A DNA stretch of 64,000 nt from Octopus sinensis. Its lineage: Eukaryota. The notes beneath the pieces are model-generated. The model ran no database searches. It was not told the DNA's origin and saw only the letters and a list, made by a program, of their open reading frames with translations. Of this stretch, positions 12,695 to 25,215 are shown piece after piece (within the stretch, counting starts at the first letter, position 1; each line of letters starts with the position of its first letter). The position numbers and the translations under genes are program-made. Location: assembly GCF_006345805.1 (NCBI RefSeq), contig NW_021831986.1:1-64000 (forward strand). Direction: 5' to 3'.

Positions 12695-13285
12695 ATCATC
12701 ATCATCATCATCGTTTAGCGTCCGTTTTCCATGCTAGCATGGGTTGGACGGTTCTACTGGGGTCTGTGAAGCCAGAAGGCTTCATCAGGCCCAGTCAAAT
12801 CTGGCAGTGTTTCTACAGCTGGATGCCCTTCCTAACGCCAACCACTCCGTGAGTGTAGTGGGTGCTATTTACGTGCTACCCGCACAGGTGCCAGACAGAG
12901 CTGGCAAACGGCCACGAACGGATGGTGCTTTTTATGTGCCACCGGCATGAGGCCAGTCGGGGCGGCGCTGGCAACGGTCGCGAAACGGAAGGTTCTCTTA
13001 CATGCCACCAGCACTGGTAACACATCTGCAATTTCCATTGATCGATTTCGATTCTGATCCTCACTTGCCTCAACAGGTCTTCACAAGTAGAGTTTTGTGT
13101 CCCAAGAAGGGAAGGTATGCATACGTAGGCTGGCTCCATCCCATGTAGAAGGCCACGGGTTATGGTCTCACTTGTCCTGCCGGGTCTTCTCGCGCACAGC
13201 ACACTTCCAGAGGTCTCGGTCTCTAGTCATTTCCTCAGTGAGACCTAAAGTTCGAAGGTCGTGCTTCACCACCTCGTCCCAGGTT
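12695..13285 (-). mobile_element. 5'-truncated RTE LINE, same family as 10770-11725, inverted
   Basis: Reverse complement aligns with 11066-11725 (KTWDEVVKHDL...; tail (GAT)n). Confidence 0.9.
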
Positions 13286-13349
13286 TTATAAATTTTATAA
13301 ATTATAAACTGATTAATTAATTTCATCCTTTATTATTATTGATATATAT

Positions 13350-13351
13350 AA

Positions 13352-13384
<33 letters not shown>

Positions 13385-13412
13385 TGAAACAGAGAGAGAA
13401 ATATATATATAT

Positions 13413-13444
<32 letters not shown>

Positions 13445-13445
13445 T
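13350..13445. repeat. (AT)n/(GA)n/(GATA)n microsatellites
   Basis: Directly visible. Confidence 0.9.
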
Positions 13446-13469
13446 CAAACAGACCTCCTTAAAAAATCT

Positions 13470-13690
13470 CTCTCTATCTGAATTTGGTGATATGAGGGAA
13501 GACGTTGTCATGATGCAGAGGAGCTCCATGCTACCGATTAGGTCTTTTCTCTTGAATAGCCGTGTTGTGTTGTTCCATCCGTTGAACATAGAGTTCCACG
13601 TTGACCGTTTGGCTCTGTTCAATCAGTTCGTAATGGATAATCTTCTACACAGCCCCTGTCAATTTCCTGCACATGAATGCTCCTGACGCT
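13470..13690 (-). mobile_element. Second mariner transposase fragment
   Basis: Homologous to 12130-12300 (tcttttctcttgaatagccgtgtt...gaacataga). Confidence 0.7.
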
Positions 13691-14731
13691 ACACACTCTT
13701 AAATCCCCACATTATATCTATTTTCCTACATGCGTCTTTCTCTGCGCATGTGTGCATGCATGTATCGCTATGTACTAAACATAGCCATTTGTATGCGGTA
13801 TAGAAATATGCATGATGCGCAACGGATGTTATCATGTAACCACTATTCCTTTTCATAATGTAAACATAATATCTTTACAAATACGTGTAACAGGAAGTCG
13901 CTATATCCTATGGTAAACAGTAGAATAACTACATGTTGCCTTCCTTGGTTACATTTCTGCTATTGTATTAGGGAATGTGGCATGATTGAATATTTGTTAC
14001 TTATAAAACGAGATGTCTTCTACTTCACGAAAGGAACAAGACTTATTAGAAAAGAAAAGAGTAAAGTACAGAGATGGAGGCACCAAAGTGAATGACGAGT
14101 AGCAGCCGCGAGACGAACAAGGTGGACCTGAGACAACTAACCATATAGCCCTAACCCTAAACCTCACCCAAACACACATACATACAGGAGCACGTATACA
14201 GATGCCCAACGCACAGACGTACACGCATACACAGACCTTCACACACACACACACACGCAGATACATAATGGTGAAAAGAGGACAAGTTGGGAATTTATGG
14301 CAGTCGAGAAGGCATAACGGTTAAATAAAGTTTATCACAGTTACAGAAAATTAAATCGACATTAAGTTATGTTTGTTTACACATGTTATACATCAAAATG
14401 CATTTTTAGTCAATATATTCATAAAAGCAATAACTTACAAACAATTTCCAGTGAAAAACACGACAAATATTTCCAGGTTGAAGAAGTAGAAATTCCCGCT
14501 GTTGATACAGACTTTGCGAAAAGTCAGAGACCAATTTTCAGCCGCTATAGTTTCGTATTTGCAAAGTGATAAATTATTATACAAACTACAGTTTATTTTG
14601 ACAACTAACAAATAATACTTGTAAGAATTATTCTTTCTTAAAGTAAAATATAATTTCAGCATATATGAGACATGTTTCTAAGATTTTGTTGTTAATATAT
14701 ATATATATACAATAAGTTATACCGTATATAC

Positions 14732-15138
14732 TCTTTTACTCTTTTACTTGTTTCAGTCATTTGACTGCGGCCATGCTGGAGCACCGCCTTTAGTCGAGCA
14801 AATCGCCCCCGGGACTTATTCTTTGTAAGCCCAGTACTTATTCAATCGGTCTCTTTTGCCGAACCGCTAAGTGACGGGGACGTAAACACACCAGCATCGG
14901 TTGTCAAGCAATGCTAGGGGGACAAACACAGACACACAAACATATACACACACACTTATATATATATACATATATACGACAGGCTTCTTTCAGTTTCCGT
15001 CTACCAATACCCTCACAAGGCATTGGTCGGCCCGGGGCTATAGCAGAAGACACTTGCCCAAGATGCCACGCAGTGGGACTGAACCCGGAACCATGTGGTT
15101 GGTTAGCAAGCTACTTACACACAGCCACTCCTGCGCCT
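14732..15138 (-). mobile_element. Full-length tRNA-derived SINE family 1
   Basis: Reverse complement begins GGCGCAGGAGTGGCTGTGTG (A box) ... GGGTTCAGTCCC (B box), has an internal (TG)n/(TA)n tract and ends gaaacaagtaaaagagtaaaagag. Confidence 0.88.
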
Positions 15139-15139
15139 A

Positions 15140-15290
15140 TATACTCAGGTATTTTTTCCCCTGAAATTTTCACCTGAAGTTGGGGGTGCGACTTATAAGC
15201 GCCTCCTATAAAAAATCCTAAGATTTTTCCAGAAAGACTTCTGTTCTTCGCCCCGCCATTTTTTCCCAAATTTGAACCATCCATAAAAAC
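15140..15290. mobile_element. Possible pogo/Tigger-like MITE fragment
   Basis: gggggtgcgacttata resembles pogo-type terminal sequence; no matching second end found. Confidence 0.3.
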
Positions 15291-15647
15291 CATCGTGTCT
15301 TAACATAACTTCATACACATTCATGTATGTCACCAGTGACGGTTGAATAATACATAAGATCTAGAGCTGTTAGAAATAGCAGCCAAATGCCCCTTACAAT
15401 AATACCATTGTGTCTTAAATTCCTACATATTCTTTTGTTTTGGCATGGCTAAACAATTATTTGATACTAGATGGAAAATTATATATAAAGTCTTTGAAGC
15501 ATTGTATTTTGGGAATTATTATTTTGGCATTGCAGAGACAAGCTGTATCTTTTTTTCTGCTCCAATACCATCATTACATAACTTTTTTTAAAAATAGATT
15601 AGAGAATATTAACTTCTTTATATTCTGGAGAATTTCTGAAGAAATCT

Positions 15648-17160
15648 ATCCCTCCTTCCATCCATCCATCCATCCATCTATCCATCCATCCATCCATTCA
15701 TCTATCCATCCATCTATCCATCCATCCATCCATCCATCCATCAATCCACCCATCCATCCATCCCTCTCCATCCATCCATCTATCCATCCATCCATCCATC
15801 CATCCATCTATCCATCCATTATCCATCCATCCATCCATCCATCTATCCGTCCATCAATCTATCCATCCATCCATCCATCCATCCATCCATCTATCCATCC
15901 ATCCATCCATCCATCCATCCATCCATCCATCCATCTATCTATCCATCCATATATCTATCCATCCATCCATCAATCTATCAATCCATCTATCCATCCATCA
16001 ATGCATCCATCCGTCTATCCATCCATCTATCCATCCATCCATCCATGCATCCATCCATCTATCCATCCATCCATTCATCCATCCATCCGTCCATCCATGC
16101 ATCCATCCATACATCTATCCATCCATCCATCCATCAATCCATCCATCCATCCATCCATCCATCCATCCAATCCATCAATCCATCCATCCATACATCCATC
16201 TATCCATCCATCCATCCAACCATCCATCCATCAATGCATCCATCCATCTATCCATCCATCAATCCACACATCCATCTAGTCATCCATCCATCCATCCTTC
16301 CATCCAACCATCCACCCATCCATACATCCATCCATCCATCCATCCATCCATCCATCTATCCATCCATCCATCCATCCATCCATCCATCCATCAATCATCC
16401 ATCAATCCATCCATCCATCCATCCATCCATGCACATCCATCCATCCATCCATCCATCAATCCACCTATCCATCTATCCATCCATCCATCCATGCATGCAT
16501 CCATCCATCCATCCAACCATCTTTCCATCCATCCATCCATCCATCCATCCATCCATCCATCCATCCATCCAAGCATCCATCCATCCATCCAACCATCTAT
16601 CTATCCATCCATCCATCCATCTATACATCCATCCATCCATCCATCCATCCATCCATCCATCCATCCATCCATCCATGCACGCATGCATCCATCCATCCAT
16701 CCATGCACGCATGCATCCATCCATCTATCCATCCATCCATCCATCCATCCTTTCATGCATCCAACCATCCATCAATTCATCAATCCATTTATCCATCCAT
16801 CCATCCATTTATCCATCCATCTATCCATCCATCCTTCAATCTATCCATCCATCCATCCATCCATCCATCCATCTATCCATCTATCCATCCATCCATCTAT
16901 CCATCCACCCATGCATCCATCCATCCATTCATCCATTCATCCATCCATGCATACATCCATTCATCCATCCATCTATCCATCCATCCATCCATCCTTCCAT
17001 CCATACATCCATTCATGCATCCATGCATCTATCTATCTATCCATCCATCCATCCATCCATCCATCCATGCATTCATCCATCTATCCATCCATCCATTTAT
17101 CTATCCATCTATCCATCCATCCTTCAATCTATACATCCATCCATCTATCCATCCATCCAA
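15648..17160. repeat. (CATC)n / (CTAT)-variant tetranucleotide array, ~1.5 kb
   Basis: Directly visible; source of the spurious HPSI and MDGW ORFs. Confidence 0.97.
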
Positions 17161-17972
17161 CAATTTCCGACCTGTGGGCTTATGTCGAACAACTGCTGTC
17201 ACATGTGGGACGAGTCAGTTTATCAGCTGAGTCTATCGTCAATATTGTCACGCCTCCTTCCTTCAAATGTGAAGGAAGAGCTATTTTCATCATCCTTGTG
17301 GCTATGGCGAAGGAATGTATCTGGTGGACGCATCTGAAAGGATTGGAGACAAACACTTTCCTCTCTGGTCAATCTCTCATCAACTTCTTCAAGTGCTACT
17401 TGAAAAGGAAAGTGAGAGTAGAGAGGCAAGTTTTGTCTAGCGAATGTTTCAAAAAAAATGGGTGAATGTAGCAAGGATGGCACGTATGAATGACGAAGCC
17501 ACCTTGAGCATGATCCTATGAACCCAGAAATTGAAAACTGAGGGTTACCCACTTGCAAACAAATGTGGTAACATATAACAATATTGACCAAGGTTACCGT
17601 GGTCTTTTTCGTAGGCTTTTCTTCCCACGGATAAACCTTACTTGCTTTCCCCTTTACACCATATATCATAACACTGTGATACACGATCCCTATTGATCGT
17701 TTTTTTTTCCTCTCCCCCTTTTTTTCCCCTTTTTTCTTCTTTTTTCCTTTCTCCTTTCTTTTGTTCCTTTTCCTTTTCTTTTTTTTCTTTTTTTTATTTA
17801 TTTATTTTTTTTTGTTCTTTTCTTCTCTTTTACGATCCCTTTTGATCGAAAACCTACGCCATCCCTTTTTTTTGTTTCTTTTGTTTTTTTGTTTTTTTCA
17901 TCCCCGAAAAGAAAAGCTCTACCTTGTAACTTGTCCCATCTGTGTGCAGCCCTGTGTGACCAATAAAGAAAC
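17161..17972 (+). mobile_element. 5'-truncated Tx1/L1-like LINE (ORF2 C-terminus + 3' UTR) inserted in the (CATC)n array
   Basis: [12 protein letters not shown]...[12 protein letters not shown]...[14 protein letters not shown]...F resembles the Tx1 ORF2 C-terminus. T-rich 3' UTR ends ccctgtgtgaccaataaagaaac, followed by ctatccatc repeats. Confidence 0.62.
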
Positions 17973-18255
17973 CTATCCATCAATCCCTCCATCCATCCAT
18001 CCCTCTATCAATCCATCTATCAATCCATTCATCAATCCATCCATCCATCAATGCATCCATCCATCTACCATTCATCCATCCATCCATCCATCCATCCATC
18101 CATCCATCCATCCCTCCCTCCATCAATCGATCCAACCATGAATCCATCCATCCATCCATCCATCCATCCATATATCCATCCACCCATCTATCTATCCAGC
18201 AATCCATCCATTCATCCATCCATCCATCCATCCATGCATCCATGCATCCATCTAT
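17973..18255. repeat. (CATC)n array, continuation
   Basis: Directly visible. Confidence 0.95.
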
Positions 18256-18656
18256 AGTTCTGTATTTCCTCGGTGATAAATTAATCCATTGTAAATTAAA
18301 TTATATACATTTATAGTTTATTTTGACAAATAAACTAAGCTAAAATAAAATATTTCCAGGTTGAAGAGAAATTCCCGCTGTTGAAACAATACAAACAATA
18401 ATCCCACAATGCTTTGCGAAAAGTCAGAGACCAATTTCCAGCCGCTATATTTCCCTTCTTCATTAAATGCTAACGTTAACATACGCTTGACTATTGTTTG
18501 CCATGTGGATGTCGTCTCTCAGTAATTTCTCAATAAGTTTATTTGTTGGTAAGTTTACAGGAGGTTGAATGATAGATATTCCTATGTGTATGTATGTATA
18601 TATATATATAAATAAATAAAAACTCTGTGTGTGTGTGTATAAATAGATAGATAGAT

Positions 18657-18875
18657 ATGTTTCTTTATTAGCCACACAGGGCTGCACACAGACAGGACAA
18701 ATTACAAGGTAGAGCTTTTCTTTTGGGGGTAAAAAAGAGGGTTTGGTTTTCGATCAAAAGTGATCATAAAAGGAAAGAAAGAGGAAAAAAAAATAGATAG
18801 ATAGATATGTTTCTTTATTAGCCACACTGGGCTGAACACAGAGGGGACAAATTACAAAGTAGAGCTTTTCTTTTT
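18657..18875 (-). mobile_element. Two short head-to-tail 3'-end copies of the same Tx1-like family (18657-18792 and 18807-18875)
   Basis: Reverse complement matches 17830-17972 (aaaagctctac.ttgtaa.ttgtcc..ctgtgt.cagccc.gtgtg.ctaataaagaaac); each is followed by (ATCT)n. Confidence 0.8.
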
Positions 18876-19399
18876 AGAGAGATAGATAGATAGAGACAGA
18901 CAGGACAAGGTATTTTGGATTCATTCTGCCTAGCTACTTGCTTATACTGATGCAAAATAGGACTTCCTTTCAAGTGTGTGTATGTATGTATGCATGTGAA
19001 AATATGTTTGTGTGCATAAATTTGCTTATGCATGTAATATTGTTAAAGGCAGATAGATTAATTAGCATTTAACAAATGTCCAGTAGGTGGTTATCTACTT
19101 CTCTCTCTCTCCTCTCCCCTCTCTCTCCTCTCCCTTCTCTCTCCTACACATTCTCTCTCTCCCTCCCTCTCTCTCTCTTTCTCTCTACTTTTTCCTTTAT
19201 CTTTCTACCTCCTTCCCTGTTCAGGTGCCATCTAAAGGTGTGCTAGAAATTCTCAAATATATGCCATATGTTCCTGTGGTTTACATTAAGCACAACTGCG
19301 AAACTGCATTCTATTAAAGAAAAGCCGAACCATAATACTAAGATAACAACCAAGCAGCATTCTCTAGACTAGCTAGGAACAGCTGTGTGATAATCACAT

Positions 19400-19570
19400 G
19401 ATAAATTCATATGGGAGCACATGAATTGCCATCTGCCCTTTCTTAATGCTCTTATTGAAAGGTGTATTTCGTATGAAAGTACATACTTCTGTATAACTTC
19501 TAAACTTCATATGGTAACTGGAAGCCAACGTGGAAGCTCCTACATGTTCAAGAAGGCTAATGAGAGAGCC
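19400..19570 (+). mobile_element. Penelope-like RT fragment
   Basis: NCHLPFLNALIER resembles the PLE LPFLD motif; short and degenerate. Confidence 0.35.
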
Positions 19571-19589
19571 TTCTATATATATATATATA

Positions 19590-19870
19590 TATCCGAATCG
19601 TGGCCGAAGCCAGTGCCACCTCGACTGGCTTCCATGCCGGTGGCACGTAAAATGCACCAATCCGACCGTGGCCAATGCCAGCCTCACCTGGTACCAGTGC
19701 AGGTGGCACGTAAAAAGCACGCACTACACTCACGGAGTAGTTGGCATAGGAAGGGCATCCAGGTAGAAACATTGCCAGATAAGAGCGGAGCCTGGTGCAG
19801 CCTTCTGGCTTCCCAGATCCCGGTCGAACCGTCCAACCATGCTAGCATGGGAACGGACGTAAACGATGAT
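19590..19870 (+). mobile_element. RTE LINE 3' UTR fragment
   Basis: ggtggcacgtaaaa repeats and a tail matching 11400-11720. Confidence 0.8.
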
Positions 19871-19930
19871 ATATATATATATGTATGTATGTATGTATGC
19901 CTGTCTATATGTCTGTATGTCTGTATGTAT

Positions 19931-19962
<32 letters not shown>

Positions 19963-20100
19963 CCTGGCATAATGTTAGCACGGGTGAAATCTTGCCACTG
20001 CATTCTGAGTTCAAATTCCGCCGAGGTCGACTTGCTTTCATCCTTTAGGGGTCGATAAATAAGTACCAGTTACCATTGGGTCGATGTAATCGACTTATTA
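19963..20100 (+). mobile_element. SINE family 2 fragment
   Basis: gagttcaaattccgccgaggtcgac...ggggtcgataaataagtaccag, as at 8300-8370. Confidence 0.8.
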
Positions 20101-20116
20101 TATATATATATATAAT

Positions 20117-21194
20117 TGAGGACATTACTCAGATTACTGACAGTGGCCATGATGCTACCTTGACTTTGCTAAGGCTTTCAACTTGTGCCACACAAAAGGC
20201 TTATGGTGAAACTCTCTGCAATGGTGTGGGGGATCCTTTTTAACTGGTTGAAATCCTTCATCCTCAGCAAATGAGGTAGTCACAGTCTAGACAGCACTCT
20301 ACACCATATAGATGTCATCGGGTACCAGGGATCTGTCCTGGTCCCCTCTTGTTTGTGGCATACATTAACGACATAGATGCCAATTAAAGATGCCACATAT
20401 TGAAATATGCAGACGACATCAAGCTGTACCTTGAAATCAAGAGGCAGATCCTGATGTCTACAACTCTTTCCTGCAATAACCTAGACACAATGCAGCAATG
20501 GATCCAGACTGCACTGAAACTGGCTGTGGACAAGTACCACCATGCATTTGGGGAAAAAACCTGCGTTCACATACTTCCACAACACTGATATCATAAATCC
20601 TCTTGCGAGCGTGACCTAGGCATCATATGTCACAGTGATTTGCGTTGGTCAAGCAATCTCTAAGATTGCAGGAAGGCTGTCTTGCATCACTCAGCAGGTC
20701 TTTTGTACCGCTCTCCAGCCATCTTTTAAAACTGTATACAGCTATGGTACGACCACACTGGAATTCGCATCTCAGTTTGGAACCCCTATCTTCACAAACA
20801 TTGACCTCCTGAATCGTCCATAGACTGCAACCAAACGCATATCTCCATCAGACACCTATATATCTGAGCGCCTTGTTTCCCTGCATGGATTCACTGAGCT
20901 CCGGCGTTTGGCGACGGACTTGGTAAACGTTATCAACCACCTCACCAATGAACACCTTTTTGATCTCCATGTGTCTAACACACGTGGACATGCCTACAAA
21001 GTCGAAACAATACAGCTCCCATGACTTTCGGAAACATTTTCACGCTCAGAGTTGCTGAAGCATGGAATATAACTGCCTGCGTCAGTTGTTGACTGCATGA
21101 CACGCATCTTTAAGGCCCTCATGCTTTCCGAAATCGCCGAAACTACTGATTATATATACACTTTAATGAGTTGTGTGCATGAGCACTGTACACA

Positions 21195-21220
<26 letters not shown>
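20117..21220 (+). mobile_element. Decayed CR1-clade LINE 3' portion with (ATT)n tail
   Basis: LDFAKAF, QGSVL, LFVAYINDI, KYADDIKLYLEI; ends cactgtacacaattattattatt. Confidence 0.75.
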
Positions 21221-21235
<15 letters not shown>

Positions 21236-21329
21236 TATCTATATATATATAATTGCATGCATGTATGCATAGATATTAGTGTTTAAACATTGTGTTAAAG
21301 ATCATTTTGGATAGAAAAAAGCAGAAATT

Positions 21330-21800
21330 GCTTGTTTTACAATCAAATAGTTTTCAGTTTAGTCCCACTGTGCAACACCTTCAGCAGTTGTCTTCTGCCT
21401 TAGATTTTGGAAGTGAATATGATAGAGAGAAACTCTACAGAAGTGTGTGTGTCCACACTTCCCTTGACAACTGGTACTAGTTGGTTTATGTTCTCTCTTT
21501 TATACTCATTTTCACCTTGGAAGAAATTAGCTGACATTGAATCTAGAAAGGAATTGGCTCTGCTAGACTTAAAATGCTTAAGACATGCCCACATATCTCT
21601 ATGACTCCGTCAGGTGCTGAAGTTACTAAGCAGGAAGAATTATAATACTACATTTTACAGCTTACACTGAAAACAATTGTTCAATAGCAGTGAGGCATAG
21701 ACAATAACAGAAACACTGGATGAAGATATGAATAGAGTTTCATTTATCCACCATAAGGTCTAGTCCTTGTTCCAGGGTGGTAGCTTGAGTACCTCAGTGA
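21330..21800 (+). mobile_element. Highly decayed RTE ORF2 C-terminal fragment
   Basis: KLYRSVC... and WKKLADIESRKELALLDLKCLRHAHIS resemble RTE WTLLADTERRIQAFETKCLR...IS. Confidence 0.4.
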
Positions 21801-21944
21801 GCCCGTGAGTTATGCCAGTGGAGAACAAGCTCCTTGTAGACCTTCCAATGCTGGACAGGTCAAAGGATAGAGGCCAGACTTAATATGGATTACCTATTCT
21901 CGGAGATAAAATATAGAAAAGAAGTATATATATAAATGCACATT

Positions 21945-22100
21945 AAGTACAGGATATCACCAAGTGAAAAATATGTAAACAAATGAGAGATAAATACAGG
22001 ACTAAATACCAAAACAAATACAACAAGTACAGGACATCACCAACGAGTGAAAACTACATAAACACACGAGAGAGATAAGTACAGGACAAATTCCAAAAGA
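21945..22100. repeat. Imperfect ~80-bp tandem duplication
   Basis: aagtacagga.atcaccaa...gtgaaaa...taaaca...gagagataa.tacaggac.aa.t.ccaaaa at 21945 and 22025. Confidence 0.65.
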
Positions 22101-22779
22101 AGATAACTTGCTCATCAGTTGTCACCTGTTTTACTACTCCCTATTTCATGCTTTTAACAAGATAGGAAAACTTCATAAGACAGCAGCATCTAGAAATTTT
22201 AGAAATATAAAATTTGTGGAGATTTTGGGCTTTGAATGAACAAACAACAAAGTAAACAATCGCCAAAGGCAAACATTAAGAGCCGTAAGGCCAATATGAA
22301 TTGTAATGGGTAAGACAAAAACCAAAGTTATAGATGCATCAACAATAAATAAAAGCCATCAAAACCTGAGAGAGGAAGACCTTCCCTCACGAAAACATTT
22401 GCCTACAAAGGTGATGGAAGAGAGGATGCCCTAAAAATACCTGGAGGCTGGGTACTGAAGCAGAGCTGAGAAAGCAGGGATTCAATGAGAGAGAAGCAGA
22501 AAAGGCAGTTCACAGTCAAGAAGAGAAGAGGAAAGTCATTGATGACCAAGGGAATGAAAAAGGGCTAAAGAAAGAGTCTCTTTTATAATTTGCACTGAAA
22601 GTTCATCTTCCACAAACAATGTGTAATGAATACTTAATTGTAATGGCACACACTATCTTACCTGACTAATAGAGCTTTGCATTCAAAAAGACTAGTTTTG
22701 ACTGAACTTGCTTTCAGAAGTTCAGTGACACAGCCTATGAAACTCAGGAAAAAGAAAAAAAAATTGCAAAAATCAAGCT

Positions 22780-23080
22780 ACAGAATCTTGTGTTGAAAGT
22801 CTTACCAAAAGGCATACATTCATGGGGTAATGATAGTTTAGCAAGATGTAATATCAGCTAACTTCAGTGAAACTGATGACCTCAGTACAAATAGGGGCCA
22901 ATTTGTACAAGTGAATTGACTAATATAGAGTGCACATCATCTCTTAGAGTAGGCTACCTCTTATGAAGTGGAAGAGAAGGTTGAAAAAATATATCAAACT
23001 TCTCAAACAGAGTTGGCAAAAGCTTATCAGCAGCAAATAATGATCTAATTACATTTTTAACGAAAGAGTGTAATATCAAT
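22780..23080 (+). mobile_element. Decayed LINE (RTE-like) endonuclease fragment
   Basis: KLMTSVQI and ATSYEVEEKVEKIYQTSQTEL resemble the APE segment YAPT...EEVEKFYEDLQ. Confidence 0.4.
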
Positions 23081-23489
23081 CTTCGTGATAATTATAACTT
23101 ATAAACTAAAAATAGACTTCCTATTTTCATACACACACAAATACATACATATTCATAGAGAGAGGAAGGTGGGAAGAAAGAGGACATTTAGATATATTTT
23201 TCGTGCATTTAATATATATCTTTCAGAAGTCAAACAAGTTTGAATATTTACAAATTCAGGTTCTCAAGGTAAGTTTTCACACTGCTCAAAAGTCAATTTC
23301 TGTTTGAAACTGGATTTAATTGTAACGAACCAATAACTATTTGAAGTTGATTTTGAACACATAAGTTATAAATAACACTTCCCAGTGAAAGTTGAAATCC
23401 TCAAAAAAAAAAAAAAATCAATGCTAATGGGTTGGGACTACCAACGTTTCTATCTCTTTTCTGAGTGATTCACATAGAAATATCATCAA

Positions 23490-23860
23490 TAGGAGCAGGC
23501 ATGGCTGTGTAGTTAAAAAGCTCACTTTGCAGTTATAAGGTTTTGGATTCAGTTCCACTGCACAGCAGCATCAGCAGCTCTCAAAGTTAACCAATGTCTT
23601 GTGAGTGAATTTGGTAGATAGAAACTGTGTGGAAGCATGCCGTGTGTGTGTGTGTGTGTTTGCCTGTCCTGCACCCGCACCACTTGACAACTGGTGTTGG
23701 TTAGTTTACATCTCTGTAACTTAGCAGTTAGGTAAAAGATACTGATAGAATAGGTACCAGGCTTAAAAAAATAAGTACTGGGGTCATTTTGTTTGATTAA
23801 ATCCTGCTCGAGCATGGCCACAGTTCAATGATCGAAACAATTAAAAGATAAAAGAAATGA
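23490..23860 (+). mobile_element. Older SINE family 1 copy
   Basis: Colinear with the reverse complement of 14732-15138; internal (TG)n. Confidence 0.75.
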
Positions 23861-24619
23861 TAAAAGAATTGTTGAAAGTTAAAAGAAGGAAGAATGAACA
23901 ATAAAGAAAGAACACGATTTAAAGTTGGCACCACAGAAGAACAATTAAAGAGTGAAAAACAATGTGAATTTGACTTGCATAAAGTGATATGAGGGAAAGA
24001 ATACTGCCAGATGCAGAGGATGAGGTAACTCACAAAAGATGTCCAATTCTACCTGTGAATATTTACATTATGTTTTTCATTTTTGAATACCAGAAACTTT
24101 CATCAAAAGGAAACAGATGCAACACAGATAAAGCACATTCCTTTTTGAATTACTCTTTTTGATGACGGGGTGAAAATAAAAATTTATCATTTTGTTTAAT
24201 ATTATTTTTATTCATTTAAAAATATACCCCCTCTCAAAGACTTAAAATTGTATGAAGAACGTTTTAAAAGTTAAGTACATCTTTTCTGTATGGTTTACTA
24301 GGTGGCTTCTGTTTCTCTGAGATCAGTCTATGCTACGAAGCAGTAAGAACTGCTCAAAAATCCCAGAGAAGTTGAATCAAAGGCAAGAATGGTTTCTACT
24401 TAAAACCCCCTTAATCTAGAAAATACAGTAGTTTAAATCAGCCCTTAAACATAACTGTTAGTGATTGGGGACCATGAATTCCAAACCCCAATCTCTTAAG
24501 ACAACATTAACAATATAGGTGAAATGGTTGTCAGTAGACAGCCCATCGTCAAAATTCAAAGGAAGCTGTATGCATATAGCAAGCACAACAATCTCTATCA
24601 TCTATCAGCTATTTTTCCT

Positions 24620-24880
24620 GGCTATCAGCTAATCTTATTATCAGCAACCCCAGCACCATCACCAACACCAGCAACAACATCATCATCAATAGCATCATCA
24701 GCTTCAACAACATCAACAGCATCAAAAGCAGCAACATCAACAGCAGCAGCAGCAGCAGCAGCAGCAACAACATCAACAATGGCAACAATGACATCGACAG
24801 CTACAACTACATCAACAGCAGCAGCAGCAACAACAGCAGCAGCAACTGTGGCAACAACAACGATAATAAGTACAACAATG
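24620..24880. repeat. (CAG)n/(CAA)n/(CAT)n low-complexity tract
   Basis: Directly visible. Confidence 0.85.
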
Positions 24881-24884
24881 AAAT

Positions 24885-25215
24885 TGTACGTCCACGGAAA
24901 TATATTGGTTGTACCAGAAATTCATTCAAGAAATGTTTTTCCAGCCATCGATCCTCCTTCAGAGTCCCAGAAAGGCAATATGTAACAACGTTGTCCAGCC
25001 ACATTTGGCAACTAAGAGACGATAGAGTTCCACACTCTCTCTCGTGGAAAATCTTTGAAAAACCCAGACCCCTCCATCAACAGGACGAAACACTGAAGCT
25101 ATGCCTAGCCAAACACACGAGAATCCTAAGGGACTCATTCAAGCCAGGGGCTAAACTTAACTCTAGAACGGAGATTTTCACTCCACGTTTGTATTTTAGG
25201 ATATTTCTGCTGGCC
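24885..25215 (+). mobile_element. Penelope-like GIY-YIG endonuclease C-terminal fragment
   Basis: KYIGCTRNSFK..HRSSF..TTLSSHIWQLRD..SWKI..LCLA..LNSRTEIF. Confidence 0.7.

Noticed and set aside
14149-14160. CCCTAACCCTAA telomere-like repeat (also ~1948-1960)
   Set aside because: Only two units; the 1.95-kb instance lies within an RTE relic. No interstitial telomere array.
15440-18257. Long ORFs of HPSI / MDGW repeats (up to 430 aa)
   Set aside because: Translations of the (CATC)n array, which lacks stops in these frames; no coding signature.
21358-21473. Exon-like open segment FSPTVQHLQQ...
   Set aside because: Weak donor; the peptide context is better explained as decayed RTE ORF2.
22098-22122. 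Minus-strand CTGATGA-GCAAG...CTT hammerhead start
   Set aside because: Stem II is incomplete and no GAAA follows.
23227-23268. 42-nt exon-like segment (tttcag|...AAG|gtaagt; KSNKFEYLQIQVLK)
   Set aside because: Good splice signals and an open frame, but no recognisable homology or partner exon; chance occurrence in 64 kb of AT-rich DNA is plausible. RNA-seq junction reads would decide.
24524-24985. 153-aa Ala/Thr/Ser-rich ORF
   Set aside because: Derived from CAG/CAA repeats running into a PLE fragment.
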